From: Nostoc sp.
Lineage (GTDB): Bacteria > Cyanobacteriota > Cyanobacteriia > Cyanobacteriales > Nostocaceae
DNA: 64,000 nt
Reading direction: 5' to 3'
Assembly (NCBI GenBank): GCA_036918135.1
Contig: JBALDB010000031.1
Location: 1 to 64,000 of the forward strand
The notes beneath the pieces are model-generated. The model saw only the letters and a program-made list of their open reading frames with translations, did not search any database and was not told the DNA's origin. Positions 62,345 through 64,000 of the stretch are shown here, piece by piece. Position 1 is the stretch's first letter; every line of letters begins with the position of its first letter. Position numbers and translations under genes: made by a program.

Positions 62345-62536
62345 TAAATTTTAAGCTGTATAGGTCAGGGCTGTTAACCCAGACCTAAAATTTTTTCTAG
62401 CCCTAGTTACACCCTTTAAGACATAATGACAAGCACGAATGCTAGGGATAGTAATAGTTCTACCTCCTGCCTCCAGCAATAACTGCCTTCTGCCTCCTGC
62501 TTATAACTGAACGCAAAGTAAACTGCAAACTATGTC

Positions 62537-62800
62537 TTATACAACATAGGCCAGATTACTTATAAACCCGCCAAGAACTTGCAGTAGTATAATAGCTAAC
62601 ATGGGTGAAAAATCTATGCCGCCCAACGGGGGAATAAATGAGCGAAATACATTCAGATAAGGGTCAGTTATTTGACTCAAAGCGGCAAATGGTTGATCGT
62701 ACCAGTTGATCGTCGGGAACCAGGTTAAAGCAACCCGAATCAGCAACAGAAAAGTATAAATTTGCGTAAAAGTAGCAAGAGTGGTAATCAGTAATTCCAT
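62537..62800 (-). CDS. YggT/YlmG family membrane protein
   Basis: LIRVALTWFP, TDPYLNVFRSFIPPLGGIDFSP. Confidence 0.95.
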   Translation of the reverse strand: MELLITTLATFTQIYTFLLLIRVALTWFPTINWYDQPFAALSQITDPYLNVFRSFIPPLGGIDFSPMLAIILLQVLGGFISNLAYVV

Positions 62801-62925
62801 AGATAACTTGGTTTCCTACTAAGTGTTAAACGCGGTCTTATCTATTGATTTTAATTTAGTCTATGTCATGGTGTTTGCATAAGCATTTACCACACTTGGC
62901 AACTTTTATCATGCCTAAAGAAACT

Positions 62926-63279
62926 TTAAGAATCTTTGGTGAAAGAGCGATCGCCTATTGTTTGTGGTGAAGTGCCATTCACATTCCCCAGTTGCTTTCG
63001 CACTTCATCTATTGTGGCATTTAGCTGGGCAATTTTATCTTCTAGCGATCGCCGAGCTGTATCTATGCTAACGCTCTCAGTTTCTGAGGCTTTCATCTGA
63101 CGCCGCTTTGCTGCTATTCTCTTAGCTTCGGCTTGGCTATCTGTTTGTTCTATTTCGTCCTCTATTAGCAATTCGGGATCGCGTCGAGAAGCAATTAGCG
63201 CCCCGATTACACCACCAAATACGCTGCCGACAAATGCCCCTGCTAAAAAACCACTGGCAAAACCATCTCGCTGACTCAT
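62926..63279 (-). CDS. Conserved hypothetical protein (TM helix plus coiled coil)
   Basis: GFASGFLAGA..GG.IGAL; ARRSLEDKIAQLN..ID.VR.QL. Confidence 0.8.
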   Translation of the reverse strand: MSQRDGFASGFLAGAFVGSVFGGVIGALIASRRDPELLIEDEIEQTDSQAEAKRIAAKRRQMKASETESVSIDTARRSLEDKIAQLNATIDEVRKQLGNVNGTSPQTIGDRSFTKDS

Positions 63280-63348
63280 ATATTTACCGCCTTCAACAAC
63301 CTTGCAACTCTTACAGTAGTTATGCCATTTTTCTTTCCTAGCTGCATA

Positions 63349-64000
63349 CTAACTTAAAGTCCCAAAGATGCGATCGCCTGCATCTCCCAATCCTGGTACA
63401 ATATACCCCTTACTGTTAAGTTTTTCATCAATAGTAGCGGTGTAAACTATTAAACCTGGATAAGTAGTACTCAGCTTTTGCAAAGCTGGTGGAGCCGCCA
63501 CCACACAAACAATTCGCGTTAGGCTTGGATCTACACCCCGTTGTATCAATTCTGCCATTGCTGTCATAATTGACCCTCCTGTTGCCAGCATCGGATCGGT
63601 AATTAAAACTCGTGTTTGGGGGTCAAACTTTTCTGGTAACTTGTTTAAATAACAATGAGGTTGCAATGTCTCTTCATCTCGTGCCAATCCCAGATGATAA
63701 ATCGATGCCAAAGGTAATAAAGTCTGCGCTCCCTCAAGCAATCCCAGCCCAGCCCGGAGAATCGGCACTACTGCCACTGGTATCTGTGGATCGATTACAG
63801 TTGCAGGACAAGTATCTAAAGGAGTTTGCACCGCTGTTTCTTGAGTGGGCAACCAGTCACGCGCAGCTTCATAAGTCAGCCATCTTCCCAGCTCAGTCAT
63901 GGCACTGCGGAATAACACCGAAGGTGTGCCTGCATCACGGGCAACTGCAAGCCAGTGTTGTATCAGGGGATGAGGTGGTACATAAACCCGCAATTGTAGC
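63349..64000 (-). CDS. upp: Uracil phosphoribosyltransferase (start probably just outside the window)
   Basis: HPLIQHWL..RD, VPILRAGL, DPMLATGGS, GYIVPGLGDAGDR. Confidence 0.97.
   Translation of the reverse strand, partial: LQLRVYVPPHPLIQHWLAVARDAGTPSVLFRSAMTELGRWLTYEAARDWLPTQETAVQTPLDTCPATVIDPQIPVAVVPILRAGLGLLEGAQTLLPLASIYHLGLARDEETLQPHCYLNKLPEKFDPQTRVLITDPMLATGGSIMTAMAELIQRGVDPSLTRIVCVVAAPPALQKLSTTYPGLIVYTATIDEKLNSKGYIVPGLGDAGDRIFGTLS

Noticed and set aside
1..64000. tRNA, rRNA, integrase or prophage genes
   Set aside because: None recognised by eye; a tRNAscan/Infernal run would be needed to exclude small RNAs

Overview
AT-rich DNA from a filamentous cyanobacterium, probably Nostocales (inferred from frequent HIP1 octamers GCGATCGC, 7-bp STRR tandem repeats and SDR-like mini-repeats). 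The window has three parts. (1) About 1-44.4 kb is a large accessory island of transport, envelope and osmotic/desiccation-type stress genes (CDF, TSUP, Na+/H+ antiporters, CLC, MscS, DUF389, DUF2254, SLH, PRC-barrel, sucrose and glycogen enzymes, two-component genes). Many of these are eroded by deletions or nonsense codons. (2) About 44.5-48.9 kb is foreign-looking debris: a frameshifted hypothetical gene, a methyltransferase-like gene with an internal stop, a DUF1998-helicase fragment and a dead IS5-family element. (3) About 49-64 kb is core-like chromosome: murG, the eboD/eboABCEF cluster, Uma2, yggT, upp. The best candidate for an undescribed system is a non-photosensory RcaE/RcaF/RcaC-like phosphorelay (hybrid kinase, CheY-like protein, REC-wHTH-Hpt-REC-REC regulator). 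It sits among six intergenic copies of an oriented promoter motif, TCCAC-N6-TCCAC-N10-TAnnnT, which resembles the RcaC L-box. The window also shows at least seven in-frame mini-element insertions inside genes (mostly splitting HIP1 sites) and three copies of an 83-bp HIP1-based composite element. All protein assignments come from motif recognition by eye; no database searches were run.
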